The notes below the pieces were generated by a model that was not told the DNA's origin, did no database searches, and saw only the letters and a program-made list of their open reading frames with translations. DNA of 64,000 bases from Felis catus (lineage: Eukaryota): assembly GCF_018350175.1 (NCBI RefSeq), contig NC_058368.1:198588001-198652000 (forward strand), in the 5' to 3' direction. Shown in pieces: positions 62,195 to 64,000 of this stretch (position 1 is the stretch's first letter; every line of letters begins with the position of its first letter). The position numbers and the translations under genes were made by a program.

Positions 62195-62482
62195 TTTCAA
62201 AAGTAGGGGCTTCAACAGGTAGATGTTTCTTTTTTCTCAGGCAAGTCCGCAAGTCATTAGGGCCCTACGATGCTGCTGCTCACCGTGTATGGGCTTCAAG
62301 TTCCTAGTTCATGGTGCTGCCAGAGCTCCTGCCATCACTTCTGCATTCCAGGCTGGAGGATGGACAAAGTGTGGAAGAGTGTACCTCCTTCTGGAGCCTT
62401 AAGACTTTCTGATTGTATCACATTGACCAGAACTTGGTCACCTTGCCATACGGAGCTGCAAAAGAAGCTGGAGAATAGAATT
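62195..62482. mobile_element. Old MaLR LTR (MLT1J/K-like)
   Basis: GCCATCACTTCTGCATTCCAGGC...CATTGACCAGAACTTGGTCAC...GCTGCAAAAGAAGCTGGAGAA. Confidence 0.6.
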
Positions 62483-63949
62483 TTTTTTTTTTTCACTCCG
62501 AAACCAACTTCTCTGTAGCTATCTTCAAATATTCTTCACATACCTGTATCTCTCCAGGTCTACTGCTTGAGATTACTAACAGGGTTGTTCTCTGCTTTGT
62601 ATATCTCTTGTCTGTGTAGCTTCTTTGTATTCATACTTTTAGCTTCCTCATAAATTTAGGTCTCTCTGGTTCTTCATGGTCATGAAGTTGCTTAGTGGCT
62701 TTGCTTTTTGGATTCTCTCAGCTTCACTTCCCTCTGCTAACGGCTTCATCTTGGTATTTTTTCACTCAGGTTTTGGAGAGCACGAACGATTGGTCTAGTC
62801 TAGTTCTCCCTGCTGGGCCATACCGTGGTTGGCCAGCTTAAGGATGGACTGCTGTCTAGTTTAATCGGCTGGGGTAACCTTGGTTTTGAGCCTTTTCATC
62901 TGTAGGGGTGTAGAGGCAGAGCAGGCTTTATAATGCGACAGACTGCTTTATCCTTGACAAATGGAACTTCTTCTGGCAGGGAGTTAGACATAAATCTTAA
63001 AAGGAGGATGTTTTTGCATATTATGAATTTTTGGTAGTATGTAGACAGTCAAGAAGTATCAATAACAGATTGGAGAGTGATTATTTGGAAATAGGATGTT
63101 TAAAGCATATACCTCAAATGATTGCCCATCCTGTGATATTTCATGATTTTGCTCATGTTGCTTTCATCTGGAATGGTCTCCTGTGCCTCCCTTTCACCGA
63201 GCTAATTCGGAATCTTTTATAACTCTGTTAAGGAGGTTTCCCCCTCTAGAGAGTCTTTAAGGGGTTCAGTGATCCTACTGTGTCTCCTCCCTAAAGCCCT
63301 TCGTAAATACCTCTTATGATAATGAACACACTTACATTGCCATTGTCCGTCTCAGGTCTGTTAAATTACTCTCTCCTGCATTAGAAGACCATTGATGCCA
63401 GTGTTTGGTCTCATTAATCTTTGTGGATCTAATATTTACCTAGCAATGCCTGTCACATTATTGATGCTGAGCAACTGTTTGTGTTCCTGTTCATTTTTTG
63501 TGTTTTTGGATTGAATTTCTCCCCGCGGCCTCCTAAAAAGTGAAGGAATAAACTCTCCAAGGTTAAGTGGTATTAATTTTAATCTGGTAAATTAGAAGGG
63601 CATCTGTTCCCTCTTTTCATACTCGTTAGAATTTTCAGAATTGTTCTTACCTTCACCGTTGAGCCAAAATTTGCTTTTGTGTGGTTGTTACCCGTGACTT
63701 TTAGTGCTATTTACAGAAGTTTGGCTAAAACGTTGTGGTGATGAAATCTATAAACTTAGATAGGATGATTTTCTGCTTGGGCTAGATGATTTCTGCTAGT
63801 GACTCTGTCCACCTGGGGTTATTTCTGCTATAGCTTTTCAAATCTTTGTGACTGAATTTCACAGAAAAATCATGCGTGATTATTTTTATTTTTTTTATTT
63901 TTAGTGGGTGAGGGCCATGGTTCCTTTTCGTTTATTAAAATGAAAAAAA

Positions 63950-64000
63950 AATGTTTTATTTATCTTTGAGAGAGGGTGAGTGGGGGAGGGGCAGAGAGAG
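63950..64000 (-). mobile_element. CanSINE 3' part (cut by window end)
   Basis: ATGTTTTATTTATCTTTGAGAGAG...GGGGGAGGGGCAGAGAGAG. Confidence 0.8.

Larger units (their letters stand above)
38242..64000 (+). other. ARL15: ARL15 intron 1 (5' part; continues past the window end)
   Basis: Begins at the GT donor. No ARL15 exon-2 peptide appears in the ORF track or by eye, consistent with ARL15 having very long introns. Confidence 0.85.

Noticed and set aside
1..64000. CRISPR arrays, operons, NUMTs, snRNA/rRNA copies or intact endogenous viral genes
   Set aside because: No repeat-spacer periodicity, no gene-dense segment and no such sequence recognised by eye; composition is ordinary mammalian intergenic and intronic DNA.

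Overview
Mammalian genomic DNA from a cat-like carnivore (Felidae/Feliformia), judged from ~23 tRNA-derived CanSINEs of the SINEC_Fc type and felid/carnivore L1 3' ends. The only intact protein-coding sequence is the first coding exon of ARL15 (ATG 38194, MSDLRITEAFLYMDYL, GT donor at 38242, + strand) inside a CpG-island promoter (~37500-38900). Everything after 38242 is ARL15 intron 1; I do not see exon 2 in the window. The upstream 37 kb is intergenic, with a disabled full-length RPL12 processed pseudogene (minus strand, ~7464-8095) and many L1, L2, MIR, MaLR/ERVL LTR and hAT fossils. Almost all ORF-track entries are repeat-derived or GC-content artefacts. I found no evidence for a new multi-gene system. 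The best leads are: (1) a 1.87-kb block with a CpG-rich patch, flanked by an exact 20-bp direct repeat (18011-19922); (2) signs of a spliced divergent transcript from the ARL15 promoter (antisense TATA plus a cluster of antisense splice donors); (3) a Met-Leu-stop uORF just before a weak-context ARL15 start codon. Repeat family names come from recalled consensus similarity and boundaries of old repeats are approximate; no database search was run.
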